A program made the position numbers and the translations under genes. DNA of 55,888 nt from Dehalococcoidia bacterium. Lineage in GTDB: Bacteria > Chloroflexota > Dehalococcoidia > Lucifugimonadales > HRBIN23. Position 1 is the first letter of the stretch. Every line of letters starts with the position of its first letter. Positions 35,604-44,907 of this stretch are shown here, piece by piece. Below the pieces are notes generated by a model. It saw only the letters and a list, made by a program, of their open reading frames with translations, was not told the origin of the DNA and searched no databases. The stretch covers positions 1-55,888 of the forward strand of contig JBKBKV010000005.1 in NCBI GenBank assembly GCA_046294495.1. The letters run 5' to 3'.

Positions 35604-35915
35604 AGCAACCCTCCTTACCTTACATCGCGGGTAGCGTATGCCCCGACAAAGGGATAGCCTGTCAGTTGTGGTGCGTCTACTGCATCCGCCAGGTAATAAT
35701 GGCACAACCTGGCCTACAGGGGAAAGGGACGGAAGGCCTTTCATTGCACTAGCCGAAAGGCCCTCAAATGCAGGCCAGAATGCCAGGCCAAAGGTCTCAG
35801 GTAGAGAAGACTGTTACCATCTCTTTTGACCCCATCAGAAGGGGTTCTGGCCCTTTTCCCTCATTTTGACTATTATAGAAACGCCAGGACCAGGCGCTCC
35901 CTTGGAGGTTGTCCC

Positions 35916-37397
35916 ATGGAGTGGGAAGCGGTCATCGGGCTAGAGGTGCACGCCCAACTGCTCACCCGAAGCAAGATGTTCTGTCCCTGCCCCGCCGACT
36001 ACCAGGCGGCGGAGCCAAACACCCGTGTCTGCCCGGTGTGCCTGGGGATGCCGGGCGTCCTCCCAGTCATCAACCAGCAGGCGGTAGAGTTTACCATTAT
36101 GACGGGCCTGGCCCTGAACTGTTCCATCGCCACCCAGACCCACTTTGACCGCAAGAACTACCCTTACCCCGACCTGATGAAGGGCTACCAGATCTCCCAA
36201 TATGCCGACCCCATCGCCCACGACGGCTGGCTGGAGATAGAGGTGGACGGGCAAAGGAGGCGCATAGGCATCATCCGTGTCCACCTGGAGGAGGATGTGG
36301 CCAAACTGCACCACTTCCACCAGCCCACAGGCGAAGCCTACTCCCTGGTGGATGTGAACCGCTCCGGTGTGCCCCTGATGGAAATCGTGAGCAGGCCCGA
36401 TATACGCTCCCCAGAGGAGGCGCGCCTCTACCTGGTGCGCCTGCGCACCATCCTCCAATACCTGGGGGTATGTTCCGGGGATATGGAGAAAGGCACCTTC
36501 CGGTGCGACGCCAATGTGAGCATCCGCCCCAAAGGATCCTCTACCCTTATGCCCAAGGTAGAGGTGAAAAATATGAACTCCTTCAGGGCCGTCCAGCGGG
36601 CTTTGGAGTATGAAGTCCAGCGCCAAATTCAGGTGGTGGAAAGAGGGGGCCGGGTAGTGCAGGAGACGCGGGGATGGATAGAAGAGCGGGGGGCTACGGT
36701 GAGCCAGCGCACCAAGGAATTCGCCCACGACTACCGCTACTTCCCGGAGCCTGATCTCCCGCCACTGGTCATCGCTCCAGAGTGGGTAGAGCGCATCCGC
36801 CAGCGCCTGCCCGAACTCCCCGATGCCCGCCGGGAGCGCTTCATCTCCCTCTACGCCCTGCCCCCATACGATGCGTCCCTTCTTACAGCCTCCAAAGAGA
36901 TGGCCGACTACTTTGAGGCGTGTCTGCGCGTTCGCCCCCTGGCGGACGAAGCCCTCCACCGTTTCGCCAAAGCCATAAGCAACTGGCTCCTGGGCGAGTT
37001 CAGCCGCCTGCTGAACCTCAATAATATGGACATCGCCCAGGCCCGGGTGTCCCCCACAGACCTGGTGGCCTTGCAAGACCTGGTGGACAATGGAACGCTG
37101 AGTATTAGCATGGCCAAAACCGTCTTTGAGGAGATGTTCGCCACGGGGAAGCCCCCAGCCCAGATCGTCCAGGAGCGGGGAATGGTGCAGGTGAGCGACG
37201 CAGAGGCAGTGCTCCCCGCCGTAGAAGAGGCCATAAAAGGTAGCCCCCAGGCGGTGCAGGACTACCTGAAGGGGAAAGAGACGGCCCTCCGCTATCTGGT
37301 GGGGCAGGTGATGAAAATCACCAAGGGGAAAGCCAACCCAACCCTGGTGAACACCCTGTTGAAGGAGCGCCTGGAAGGCCTCAAAAAGGGCGCGTAG
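35916..37397 (+). CDS. gatB: Asp-tRNA(Asn)/Glu-tRNA(Gln) amidotransferase subunit B
   Basis: [23 protein letters not shown]..., [26 protein letters not shown] and a C-terminal GatB_Yqey domain. GGAGG lies 7 nt before ATG 35916. Confidence 0.9.
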   Translation: MEWEAVIGLEVHAQLLTRSKMFCPCPADYQAAEPNTRVCPVCLGMPGVLPVINQQAVEFTIMTGLALNCSIATQTHFDRKNYPYPDLMKGYQISQYADPIAHDGWLEIEVDGQRRRIGIIRVHLEEDVAKLHHFHQPTGEAYSLVDVNRSGVPLMEIVSRPDIRSPEEARLYLVRLRTILQYLGVCSGDMEKGTFRCDANVSIRPKGSSTLMPKVEVKNMNSFRAVQRALEYEVQRQIQVVERGGRVVQETRGWIEERGATVSQRTKEFAHDYRYFPEPDLPPLVIAPEWVERIRQRLPELPDARRERFISLYALPPYDASLLTASKEMADYFEACLRVRPLADEALHRFAKAISNWLLGEFSRLLNLNNMDIAQARVSPTDLVALQDLVDNGTLSISMAKTVFEEMFATGKPPAQIVQERGMVQVSDAEAVLPAVEEAIKGSPQAVQDYLKGKETALRYLVGQVMKITKGKANPTLVNTLLKERLEGLKKGA

Positions 37398-37508
37398 AGG
37401 GCAGGGGCTTGCACTGACCGCACAAGGCGTTATGATAGGGTGGGCCCGGGTGCCGTCAGGGAGTAGCGAAAGGTTTATGCCGAAAAAAGCAATATGGGAG
37501 GAATAGAC

Positions 37509-38675
37509 ATGGACTTTCGGTTTACCCCCAAAGAGGAGGCTTTTCGCAAGGAACTGCGGTCCTTCCTGAAGCAGGAACTGCCCCCCGACTGGCAAGGCGG
37601 GGGCCTAGAGGCCGATAGCGAGTCCGAGTGGCAGTTCACCCTGCAACTGCGTAAGAAACTGGCCCAGAAGGGATGGCTCACCATCGCCTGGCCCAAGGAA
37701 TACGGGGGGATGGGCGCCTCCCACACTACACAACTGGTCTACAACGAGGAGATGGCCTATCACCGCGTGCAGGGGGTAATAGATATCTGGGGCGTTACCA
37801 TGCTGGCCCCCATTCTCATGAAGTTCGGCACCGAGGAGCAGAAGCGCACCTACCTGCCCCCCATCGCACGGGCGGAGGTGCAATGGTGCCAGGGCTACTC
37901 CGAGCCAGGCTCCGGCTCCGACCTAGCATCTTTGCAGCTGCGCGCCGTGGAAGATGGGGACGACTTTGTCCTCAACGGCACTAAGATCTGGACCAGCAAC
38001 GCCCACCGCGCCGACCATATCTTCGTGCTGGCCCGCACCGACCCTAACGCCCCCAAACACCGGGGCATCTCCTTTATCTTGGTGGACATGCGCACAAAAG
38101 GTGTGCAAGTGCGCCCCATTATCAATATGGCCGGCCTGCACGGCTTCAACATGACCATATTTGACGATGTGCGGGTGCCCAAGCGCAACCTGGTGGGGGA
38201 AAAGAATATGGGATGGTATGTGGGGGCCGCCCTCCTAGACTTTGAGCGCTCGGGCATCGGCTACTACGCCGGTGGAAAGCGCACCCTGGAGGACCTGGTG
38301 GCAGTGGCCCGGGAGCGCCGCCTGACCCAGGATGCCCGTGTGCGCAATGCCCTGGCTGAACTGGCGGTGGAGATAGAGGCTGGACGCCTAATGGCCTATA
38401 ACATCGCCTGGATGCAAGGGAAGGGCCTCATCCCCAACCGGGAGGCCTCCTGCAACAAACTTTTCGGCTCCGAGTTGCAGCAGCGCCTGGCGCATACAGG
38501 CTTGGCCCTGCTAGGGCTTTACGGGCAGTTGGAGCCTGGGTCTAAGTGGGCGCTTCTGCGGGGTAGGCTGGAGCGGGCTTGGCTCACCAGTTTCTCCAGC
38601 ACCATCGCAGGCGGCACCTCGGAAATCCAACGGAATGTTATCGCTATGCGTGGGCTGGGCTTGCCCAGGGGGTAG
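37509..38675 (+). CDS. Acyl-CoA dehydrogenase
   Basis: QGYSEPGSGSDLASL, GTKIWTSNA and the C-terminal catalytic region GGTSEIQRNVIA. Confidence 0.85.
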   Translation: MDFRFTPKEEAFRKELRSFLKQELPPDWQGGGLEADSESEWQFTLQLRKKLAQKGWLTIAWPKEYGGMGASHTTQLVYNEEMAYHRVQGVIDIWGVTMLAPILMKFGTEEQKRTYLPPIARAEVQWCQGYSEPGSGSDLASLQLRAVEDGDDFVLNGTKIWTSNAHRADHIFVLARTDPNAPKHRGISFILVDMRTKGVQVRPIINMAGLHGFNMTIFDDVRVPKRNLVGEKNMGWYVGAALLDFERSGIGYYAGGKRTLEDLVAVARERRLTQDARVRNALAELAVEIEAGRLMAYNIAWMQGKGLIPNREASCNKLFGSELQQRLAHTGLALLGLYGQLEPGSKWALLRGRLERAWLTSFSSTIAGGTSEIQRNVIAMRGLGLPRG

Positions 38676-38685
38676 AGGAGGGCCT

Positions 38686-39825
38686 CTATCGCTTGAGGAT
38701 GTGCACTGTGCATACCCCCCCGGCCCCGGAGCACTGGGCCAGGCCCACCCGCGCCCCCCGCACCTGCCGGGGGCCAGCCTCCCACCGCAGTTGCATAACT
38801 AGTTCGTGGAGCATGCGCACCCCCGTAGCCCCGAATGGGTGGCCCATGGCCTGCAGGCCCCCGTCCGTGTTCACCGGGATGTCCCCGCCGATTTCTGTCC
38901 GCCCCTCCCGGGTGGCTATCCACCCCTCACCCCGCCTCACCAGGCCCAGATGCTCTATCTGCTCTATCTCCCCGATGGTGGCAGCGTCGTGCACCTGAAC
39001 CACATCCACATCCTCTGGCCCCAGCCCTGCCATTTCGTAGGCCTCCTGGGCGGCCACTGTGGTGAGGGAGGGGTTGTCTACCCTGGGGCCCTGATAAGGG
39101 GTGGTGCGGAGCACCGACGCCACCACTGGTATAGCCCGCTCTGGGTTACTGGTATAGCGGCTGACTGCCTCCTGGGCACAGAGCACCGCCGCCGATGCCC
39201 CCTCACTGGTGGGACAGCACTGGTAGAGGGTTAGAGGCTCGGCGATCATACGAGAGGTGAGCACCTCTTCCAAAGTGAAGACCTTCTGATACTGGGCGTA
39301 GGGGTTTAGGGTGGCGTTGCGGTGGGCCTTCACCGCCACCTGGGCGATGGCCTCCACAGGCGCTCCGAAGTCGTGCATATACCGACGCATGCGCAGGGCG
39401 TAGCCGGCCATCATATGGTCGGCCCCCAACAGGTGCTGGCGGCTGGCGGTGCCCGTTACACTCACCGGCCCCCTGGGAACCCGCTCCGCCCCGAAGGCAA
39501 GGGCAATGTCGTAAAGGCCGCTGGCTATCCCCCAGTAGGCCTGCCAGAATGCGGTAGAACTAGAGGCACAAGCATTCTCCACATTTACCACGGGAATGGT
39601 GGTGAGACCCAGGGCGCGGAGCACCACCTCCCCCATGGACATCCCCTCATAGTAGACCTGCCCGAAGTAGGCTATCTGGATGTCCCTAAACCTGACCCCT
39701 GCATCCTTCAGGGCCTCCAGGACGGCGGTGCGCGCCATATGGGGGAGGGTCTTATCCGGGAAACGCCCGAAGGGGTGCAGACCCACTCCCAGAATGGCTA
39801 CACCCCGCAACGGTGCCTTCACCAT
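38686..39825 (-). CDS. Thiolase-fold protein, SCP-x/lipid-transfer type
   Basis: VAILGVGLHPFGRF..., NACASSSTAFWQA (Cys region), C-terminal GHPFGATG and CSGAGG. AAGGAGG lies 5 nt before ATG 39825. Confidence 0.85.
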   Translation of the reverse strand: MVKAPLRGVAILGVGLHPFGRFPDKTLPHMARTAVLEALKDAGVRFRDIQIAYFGQVYYEGMSMGEVVLRALGLTTIPVVNVENACASSSTAFWQAYWGIASGLYDIALAFGAERVPRGPVSVTGTASRQHLLGADHMMAGYALRMRRYMHDFGAPVEAIAQVAVKAHRNATLNPYAQYQKVFTLEEVLTSRMIAEPLTLYQCCPTSEGASAAVLCAQEAVSRYTSNPERAIPVVASVLRTTPYQGPRVDNPSLTTVAAQEAYEMAGLGPEDVDVVQVHDAATIGEIEQIEHLGLVRRGEGWIATREGRTEIGGDIPVNTDGGLQAMGHPFGATGVRMLHELVMQLRWEAGPRQVRGARVGLAQCSGAGGVCTVHILKR

Positions 39826-39836
39826 ACCGACCTCCT

Positions 39837-40265
39837 TTATCCCTTTGCCCATTTGTAGACCATAATCTCCCGCCCCTCCTCGTCCTTACCCGCCGGGCGC
39901 AGGACAAGGCGCACAGGCATCCCTATGAACACCTCCCGAGGGTCGCAGTCCACCACTTCCGAAATGATGCGCACCCCCTCAGGGGTCTCCACCTCGGCCA
40001 GGATGTATGGCACCCTCCCCTCCCAGCGGGGGGGTGGGGCGTGGACAACAGTGTATGCGTAGACACTCCCTCGCCCGCTCAACTCCACAGGCTCAAGGTC
40101 TGGGGAGGTGCAGTTGACGCAGAAAAGGGCATCCCGCCCCAGTGTGCACACCCCGCACTCCCGACACCGGGTGCCCAGGAGCACCCCCCTGGTGCCATCC
40201 CCCTCCAGGCGCAGATGGGAGGGGAAAATGGGGACGCGCTGGTGCGTGGCGTTGCTGGTGCTCAT
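39837..40265 (-). CDS. DUF35 Zn-ribbon + OB-fold protein (thiolase partner)
   Basis: LLGTRCRECGVCTLGRDALFCVNC (rubredoxin-like ribbon), then an OB fold (GSVYAYTVVH...ILAEVETPEGVRII). Confidence 0.8.
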   Translation of the reverse strand: MSTSNATHQRVPIFPSHLRLEGDGTRGVLLGTRCRECGVCTLGRDALFCVNCTSPDLEPVELSGRGSVYAYTVVHAPPPRWEGRVPYILAEVETPEGVRIISEVVDCDPREVFIGMPVRLVLRPAGKDEEGREIMVYKWAKG

Positions 40266-40277
40266 CCCTCTCCTTTT

Positions 40278-41252
40278 CTACACCCGGTAGCCCTCCCGGA
40301 TGGTGGCACGCCCCTTGAGGGCCAGGAGGCGCCCCACCCCCACCCGTTTCTCCAGCATCTCCTGGTGAGAGGCCACACTGTATACCCACTTCTCCATATA
40401 AGCACGGATATCGCCCCGGCCACGGACGGCGCCGAAGACCTCACGGACATGTTCCCCGTCTATGGTGTAGTAGCCGGGGCACTCGCCAGGGTAGGCCCCA
40501 AAGGGAGCGTGCACCACCGCATCCACTACGAAGAAGGGGATGGTGGTGAGGCCCGGGTTGCGGCGAAACTCCTCCGTGTCAATAATCTCCTCAGCGGAAA
40601 GAATAACTTTGCGCGAGGCCAGAGCCGCCTCCCGATGGGCGATATCGGTGCCAAAGACCCGGGCGTTGCCGTAGATGTCGGCCTGGTGAACATGGATGAG
40701 GGCCACATCAGGGTTGAGGGCGGGGACGATAAGGGTGGGCTGGCCAGTGAAGGGGTCTCGCACCACCTTGGCCCCGGAATGCTGGAAGCCTGTGGTGCCC
40801 CCAAAGGAGCGGATAGGCAGGAAGGGGACGCCCATGGCCCCAGCCCGCAGGCGCGCGGTGAGCACCACATTGCTGTATTCAAACATCTCCACCCTGCCTT
40901 CTAGAACAGCCCTGGTTACGGCTGGGCCGGGGCCGAAGAAGCCCACGTCCACCCGGCGCACACACCCAGCAGCCACCAGGAGGGCCACATCCACATAGGT
41001 AAACTTGCCACAAACCCACAGCCCCTTCTTGCCCTGGCGCATCAGTTCACGCTCCAGGGCGGCTGGCCCCCGATGCAGGTATTCGCAGTCGTAGACCAGG
41101 TAGTCGCCATCCTCTACGAATCGGGCGATGGCCTCCCGTTCAGACATCAGTTTTGGCACCATGCCCCGGGCCTTGTGGGTGCGCACCCACTCCCGGAAGC
41201 CATCCGGGTCAACAGGTTTGATAACGCCTTTCCCTTCCGTCAGGACTTCCAT
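40278..41252 (-). CDS. CoA-transferase subunit A (glutaconate-CoA-transferase GctA-like)
   Basis: MSEREAIARFVEDGDYL..., GMVPFLPIRSFGGT-like block GAMGVPFLPIRSFGGT, ALIHVHQADIYGN. Confidence 0.8.
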   Translation of the reverse strand: MEVLTEGKGVIKPVDPDGFREWVRTHKARGMVPKLMSEREAIARFVEDGDYLVYDCEYLHRGPAALERELMRQGKKGLWVCGKFTYVDVALLVAAGCVRRVDVGFFGPGPAVTRAVLEGRVEMFEYSNVVLTARLRAGAMGVPFLPIRSFGGTTGFQHSGAKVVRDPFTGQPTLIVPALNPDVALIHVHQADIYGNARVFGTDIAHREAALASRKVILSAEEIIDTEEFRRNPGLTTIPFFVVDAVVHAPFGAYPGECPGYYTIDGEHVREVFGAVRGRGDIRAYMEKWVYSVASHQEMLEKRVGVGRLLALKGRATIREGYRV

Positions 41253-41256
41253 GCCA

Positions 41257-41589
41257 TCACCGCAGGATTGGGGGGTTCATGGCCACCCCGTTGTGGATAA
41301 AGAAACTGCGAACAAAGTTGGCCCGCTCCCGGCTCCCCTCCTGGCGCTCAAAGGCGTCTATCTGCTCTATATAGCGGCGACGGGCGCGGGTGCTCAGGAG
41401 GAAGCGGCTCCCCTCCCCCTGGGGACGCAGGCAGGCGTTGACCATGCTGTCGGGGTCTTGCCCCACCAGGGCACAGAAGCGCTCCAACACCTCCAGCGCC
41501 TCCTGAGGGAGGCTCTCCCCCCAGAAACGCTGGTAACTCTCCCGCCACACCTGCACTGAAGAGAACCTGTCTATAGGGTGCTCCAGCAT
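41257..41589 (-). CDS. Hypothetical protein (110 aa, no family recognised)
   Basis: Start at MLEHPIDRF, 8 nt after the upstream stop; ends 4 nt before the CoA-transferase A start. Its position inside the operon supports that it is coding. Confidence 0.4.
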   Translation of the reverse strand: MLEHPIDRFSSVQVWRESYQRFWGESLPQEALEVLERFCALVGQDPDSMVNACLRPQGEGSRFLLSTRARRRYIEQIDAFERQEGSRERANFVRSFFIHNGVAMNPPILR

Positions 41590-41597
41590 ACTGCTCT

Positions 41598-42398
41598 TCA
41601 CCCCTGGGGCAGTCCGAACATGCGGGCCAGGGCACGCAACTCCTGTTTCCGCCAGGGTATAGGGGGGCATTGCTGGATGAGGCCATCCCCCCTCAGACGC
41701 TCCACGACCCGGGGGTCGCGGCGGAAGGGGGTGGATGTGTTGCCCTCAAAGAAGGTCTCTTCAAAGGCCCCTAACGGGATTTGCCCGGCGCCCTCTGCGC
41801 TTTCGGCGGGGTAGCCCACCAGAAGTGCCTGGAGAGGCTCCCAGGTGTCGGGGACGCGCAGGACCCGGCGCGCCCCCTCTTCGTTAAAGGGGACAAGGCA
41901 CACCCCAAGACCTTCATCCACGGCGCACAGGAGGGCCTGCTCCATAGCCATGCCTGCATCGGGGTGGCCCCCCCGTCGCGGCCCCATCTCCCACAGGGGG
42001 CGGAGCACCTGGGGCAAGATTACCTCCGACACATACCTACTGCTCCAGCCATGAGTGGGGGGCAAGGCCCCTACATCCACAATGGCGCCCGAGGGCACTG
42101 TAGGCCAGGGCCTCTCTTCCACCGCCCGGCGCCCTGCATCGGTGTCGTAGAACCAGAATATATAGACAGGGGCAAGGTCAAACTCCACCGAGGCCATAGG
42201 GGTCTTGAGGGCGTCCCGCTCCTGAGGCGTCAGCCACTCCCTGTAAGTAACCACCGCCTTGGCGAAGGCCACATTCATAGCCCGGGAGGCAAGGCGGGCC
42301 GCCTCCAGCATCTTCTGAATCTTGGCCCGCTCCACGGGACGCCACGCCTGGAAGAAGCGGGTGGTGCGCAGGTTGCCCATTACCTGGAGGAAGTGCAC
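41598..42398 (-). CDS. Nitroreductase-superfamily flavoprotein (paralog B)
   Basis: N-terminus RTTRFF, mid-region ALPPTHGW, AMEQALLCAVDEGLG and the shared tail IPWRKQELRALARMFGLP. Clear paralog of 42409-43257. Confidence 0.7.
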   Translation of the reverse strand: MHFLQVMGNLRTTRFFQAWRPVERAKIQKMLEAARLASRAMNVAFAKAVVTYREWLTPQERDALKTPMASVEFDLAPVYIFWFYDTDAGRRAVEERPWPTVPSGAIVDVGALPPTHGWSSRYVSEVILPQVLRPLWEMGPRRGGHPDAGMAMEQALLCAVDEGLGVCLVPFNEEGARRVLRVPDTWEPLQALLVGYPAESAEGAGQIPLGAFEETFFEGNTSTPFRRDPRVVERLRGDGLIQQCPPIPWRKQELRALARMFGLPQG

Positions 42399-42408
42399 CT
42401 AAACACCT

Positions 42409-43257
42409 CTACATGGGAAGCCCAAACATCTTGGCCAAGGCGCGCAGTTCAGCCCTGCGCCAGGGCAGGGGAGCGGGGTCTTGAATCATCTTAGCGGATT
42501 TCAGTTCCTCTACAACTGCCTGCTCCCGTCGGAAGGGAATGCCGTAGCGCCCCTCAAAGAAGTCCTCCTCAAAGGGTTCCCGGGGGCGCTGGCCCCCTGC
42601 CTCTAGCGACTCGGCAGGGTAGCCCAGGAGCATAGGGCTGGCTGGTAGCCAGTGGTCGGGTATACCCAGAATGCGCCGGGCTGCCGGCGTGCTGACCCCG
42701 GTGAGCATAGCCCCCAGCCCCAGGGCAAAAGCGCACAGCAAAGCATGCGCCTGGGCCACGCCCAAGGCGGTATTGGCCAGGTTCAGCAGGCGCACTGGAT
42801 AGGATGGCCCCGGTTGCGGCCCCTCGGGCCTCCGTATCATCAGGTGCACCCGGTCTGGGTCGTTCAGAATAGCCTGATACACCCGAGGGATGACTACCTC
42901 GTCCACATAGCGGGGCGTCCACCCGTGGCTGGGAGGCAACGCCCCTACCTCTATCATCTCCTTCAGGTGGTGTCCATCGGTGGCCCTCGCCAGTGCGTCT
43001 AGGTCGGCGAAGAAGAAGAGGTAGACGGGAGCCATATCTAGTTGGGCAGTGGTGGTGGGGGTCTTCAGGGCCTCCAGGTCTTCCTGGGAAAGGCTGTCCC
43101 TGTAGACCACCACCAGGCGCAGGAAATGCACCCCCATAACCCGGGGTGCAAGCAAGACGACCTCCAATATGGTCTGGACCTTCTCCCGCTCCACAGGGCG
43201 CCAGGGCAGGAAAAAGCGAATGGAGCGCCTCCTTCCAACCACCTCTTTGAACTCCAC
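42409..43257 (-). CDS. Nitroreductase-superfamily flavoprotein (paralog A)
   Basis: A GTG start with AGGAGG 5 nt upstream gives (M)EFKEVVGRRRSIRFF, the classic nitroreductase N-terminal motif. It also has ALPPSHGW, AQAHALLCAFALGLG and the tail LPWRRAELRALAKMFGLP. Confidence 0.7.
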   Translation of the reverse strand: MEFKEVVGRRRSIRFFLPWRPVEREKVQTILEVVLLAPRVMGVHFLRLVVVYRDSLSQEDLEALKTPTTTAQLDMAPVYLFFFADLDALARATDGHHLKEMIEVGALPPSHGWTPRYVDEVVIPRVYQAILNDPDRVHLMIRRPEGPQPGPSYPVRLLNLANTALGVAQAHALLCAFALGLGAMLTGVSTPAARRILGIPDHWLPASPMLLGYPAESLEAGGQRPREPFEEDFFEGRYGIPFRREQAVVEELKSAKMIQDPAPLPWRRAELRALAKMFGLPM

Positions 43258-43271
43258 ATCCCCTCCTGCGG

Positions 43272-43493
43272 CTAGCCTTTGCCCTCTTTCAGGGCCAGCC
43301 AGGGCAAACGCACAAGATACCAGAGCACCCGCCAATGGAGGGAGAGGCGCACCAGGTGCAGCATCTCTCTAGGGGAGATAATGGTATCGGCTTGCCAGAT
43401 TCCCATGCTCCCTCTAAGCACAAGGGCGTTGCCCCTTGGGCACACTTCACTTATGGCTATGACAAACTCCCCTGCGCCACTCTCCACGCGCAT
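43272..43493 (-). CDS. Possible small ORF (73 aa), unknown function
   Basis: Fills the 186-nt gap between two operon genes. GGAG lies about 10 nt before the ATG, and its TAG stop sits just upstream of the next gene's RBS. No family recognised. Confidence 0.25.
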   Translation of the reverse strand: MRVESGAGEFVIAISEVCPRGNALVLRGSMGIWQADTIISPREMLHLVRLSLHWRVLWYLVRLPWLALKEGKG

Positions 43494-43521
43494 AGGTGCA
43501 CTCCGAAAGTGGTGTCCGATG

Positions 43522-44907
43522 CTATACCGCCACAGCGCCCCGAACCGCCTCCAGGGCCCGCTGGGCAGCGGGGCCGTGCCACAACTCCATATGGCGAGCC
43601 TGGGTCTCGGTGTAAGACTCGGGGCCGTAGAAGCGGTCGTAGAACTCCAGGTCAAGGTGGTGGGCCTGGAACCAGGCCGTGGTAACGATGGGGTCGTAGG
43701 CCACAGGGAAGCGCCCATAGGTCTCCCAGCAGTAGTTGCAGATGTCTTTGACGCATTGGACCTGGGCCTCGCTATACACCGGGACGCCTGAGGCGAACCC
43801 CTCTGCCCCCCTAACGGCTATCTGGGAGCAAGTGGGGGTGTAGATCCCACCCACCCCGAACTTCTTCTCCACAATGTGGTCCACTGCCTTGTCCATACTG
43901 CCGTAGTAGACAGGCAGGTGGGTCTCCAGGATACCGTCAAGGCCCACAGGGATAGGGGCCACACTGGGGACGCCCACCCCTGCACCACCCCGTGCCCGTT
44001 GGCCATACTTGGGGGTGATGAAGCGAAAGCCTAGCCCCTTGGCCAGGGGCGTCCCGCCCAGGAGCACCAGGGGGTTGGGAGTGGCGTGCACCCATCCGCC
44101 AAGGCCCATAGCCTGCACCGCCAGTTGCAGGTTCTGCTCCATAAAGCCCGCCTCAATAATGGAGACGATGCCCAGCAACGAGAGGGGCATAGTGAGTTTC
44201 TCCTTCAGAAGCCCCTCCTTCACCCAACGCTCGCAACCGGCGTAGCGCCCTCCCCCCTGGATGTCGTCCACCACGGCTATGCCCCCATCGGGCCACCCTA
44301 CCATTAGCAGAAGGGCGTTGATGCTCTCCTCCGTGGTATCCAGCACCGGCAGGAAGATAGTGGAGCCGGGGATGTCGGAGTCCCATAGATTGAAGGGGAG
44401 CATCACAGGGTAGCGGCGTGGATACTGGGGACGGCCATCAAAGAGTTTCACACGTGCAGCCCGGAAGTGGTGGAGCACCTTCTCCTGGTCCTCTGGCCCC
44501 TCAAACTCCAAGGTCTTGGTAGGCTGGATGTTCTCAAACTTGATAAAATAGGTCCCCTCGTCGTTCCAATAAATCAGGCGCGCCTCATGGGAGTTGCAGG
44601 GGCTGGCAAAGGTAAGCCCCAGCCAGGTAAGGATTGTATTCCCCCCGGCCTCCCGCTCTTTATCATCGCGGAAGGGAAGGTCTGCCAGGACGCGCCCAGT
44701 TACCCCGGTGGCCGCCTCCACCAGCAGGGCCTCCTCTAACTCGTCCAGGGGCATAGGGGCAAAGCGGGACTTATACCTTGTCGGACCGCCGGGGATCTCC
44801 GCCCCCATGGCGAAACGCCGGGAGCGGCGCTTGAAGATAGTGTCAAAAAGGGGCCAAGCACTCTTTAGCCCCGGGTGCTCTAGCAGGGGGTGTGTCCCGC
44901 TGGTCAT
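43522..44907 (-). CDS. Large (461 aa) nitroreductase-superfamily-like protein with long internal insertion
   Basis: N-terminus FKRRSRRF...LDELEEALLVEAATGVTG, and a distal block IIEAGFMEQNLQLAVQAMGLGGWVHA (typical FMN-site region). Its start overlaps the CoA-transferase B stop by 4 nt. Confidence 0.5.
   Translation of the reverse strand: MTSGTHPLLEHPGLKSAWPLFDTIFKRRSRRFAMGAEIPGGPTRYKSRFAPMPLDELEEALLVEAATGVTGRVLADLPFRDDKEREAGGNTILTWLGLTFASPCNSHEARLIYWNDEGTYFIKFENIQPTKTLEFEGPEDQEKVLHHFRAARVKLFDGRPQYPRRYPVMLPFNLWDSDIPGSTIFLPVLDTTEESINALLLMVGWPDGGIAVVDDIQGGGRYAGCERWVKEGLLKEKLTMPLSLLGIVSIIEAGFMEQNLQLAVQAMGLGGWVHATPNPLVLLGGTPLAKGLGFRFITPKYGQRARGGAGVGVPSVAPIPVGLDGILETHLPVYYGSMDKAVDHIVEKKFGVGGIYTPTCSQIAVRGAEGFASGVPVYSEAQVQCVKDICNYCWETYGRFPVAYDPIVTTAWFQAHHLDLEFYDRFYGPESYTETQARHMELWHGPAAQRALEAVRGAVAV

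Noticed and set aside
35604-35915. Looked for a Moco riboswitch or other known leader in the 312-bp divergent region upstream of the Mo-enzyme catalytic gene
   Set aside because: Hairpins are present (for example GGCCTTTC...GAAAGGCC), and a TATAAT is visible on the minus strand near 35870. I could not find the conserved Moco-motif core by eye. An Infernal scan is needed before any call.
35940-37595. 551-aa ORF on the minus strand
   Set aside because: It is entirely antisense to gatB, which has unmistakable family motifs. Its Arg/Gly/His/Pro-rich low-complexity composition is typical of off-frame ORFs in high-GC DNA.
41257-41589. Idea that the 110-aa operon protein is an integrase N-terminal (SAM-like/core-binding) fragment marking a mobile insertion
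   Set aside because: The resemblance is vague (LERFCALVG..DPDSMV, FFIHNGV). No catalytic integrase domain, repeats or composition change are nearby. Tight operon spacing argues for a native gene.
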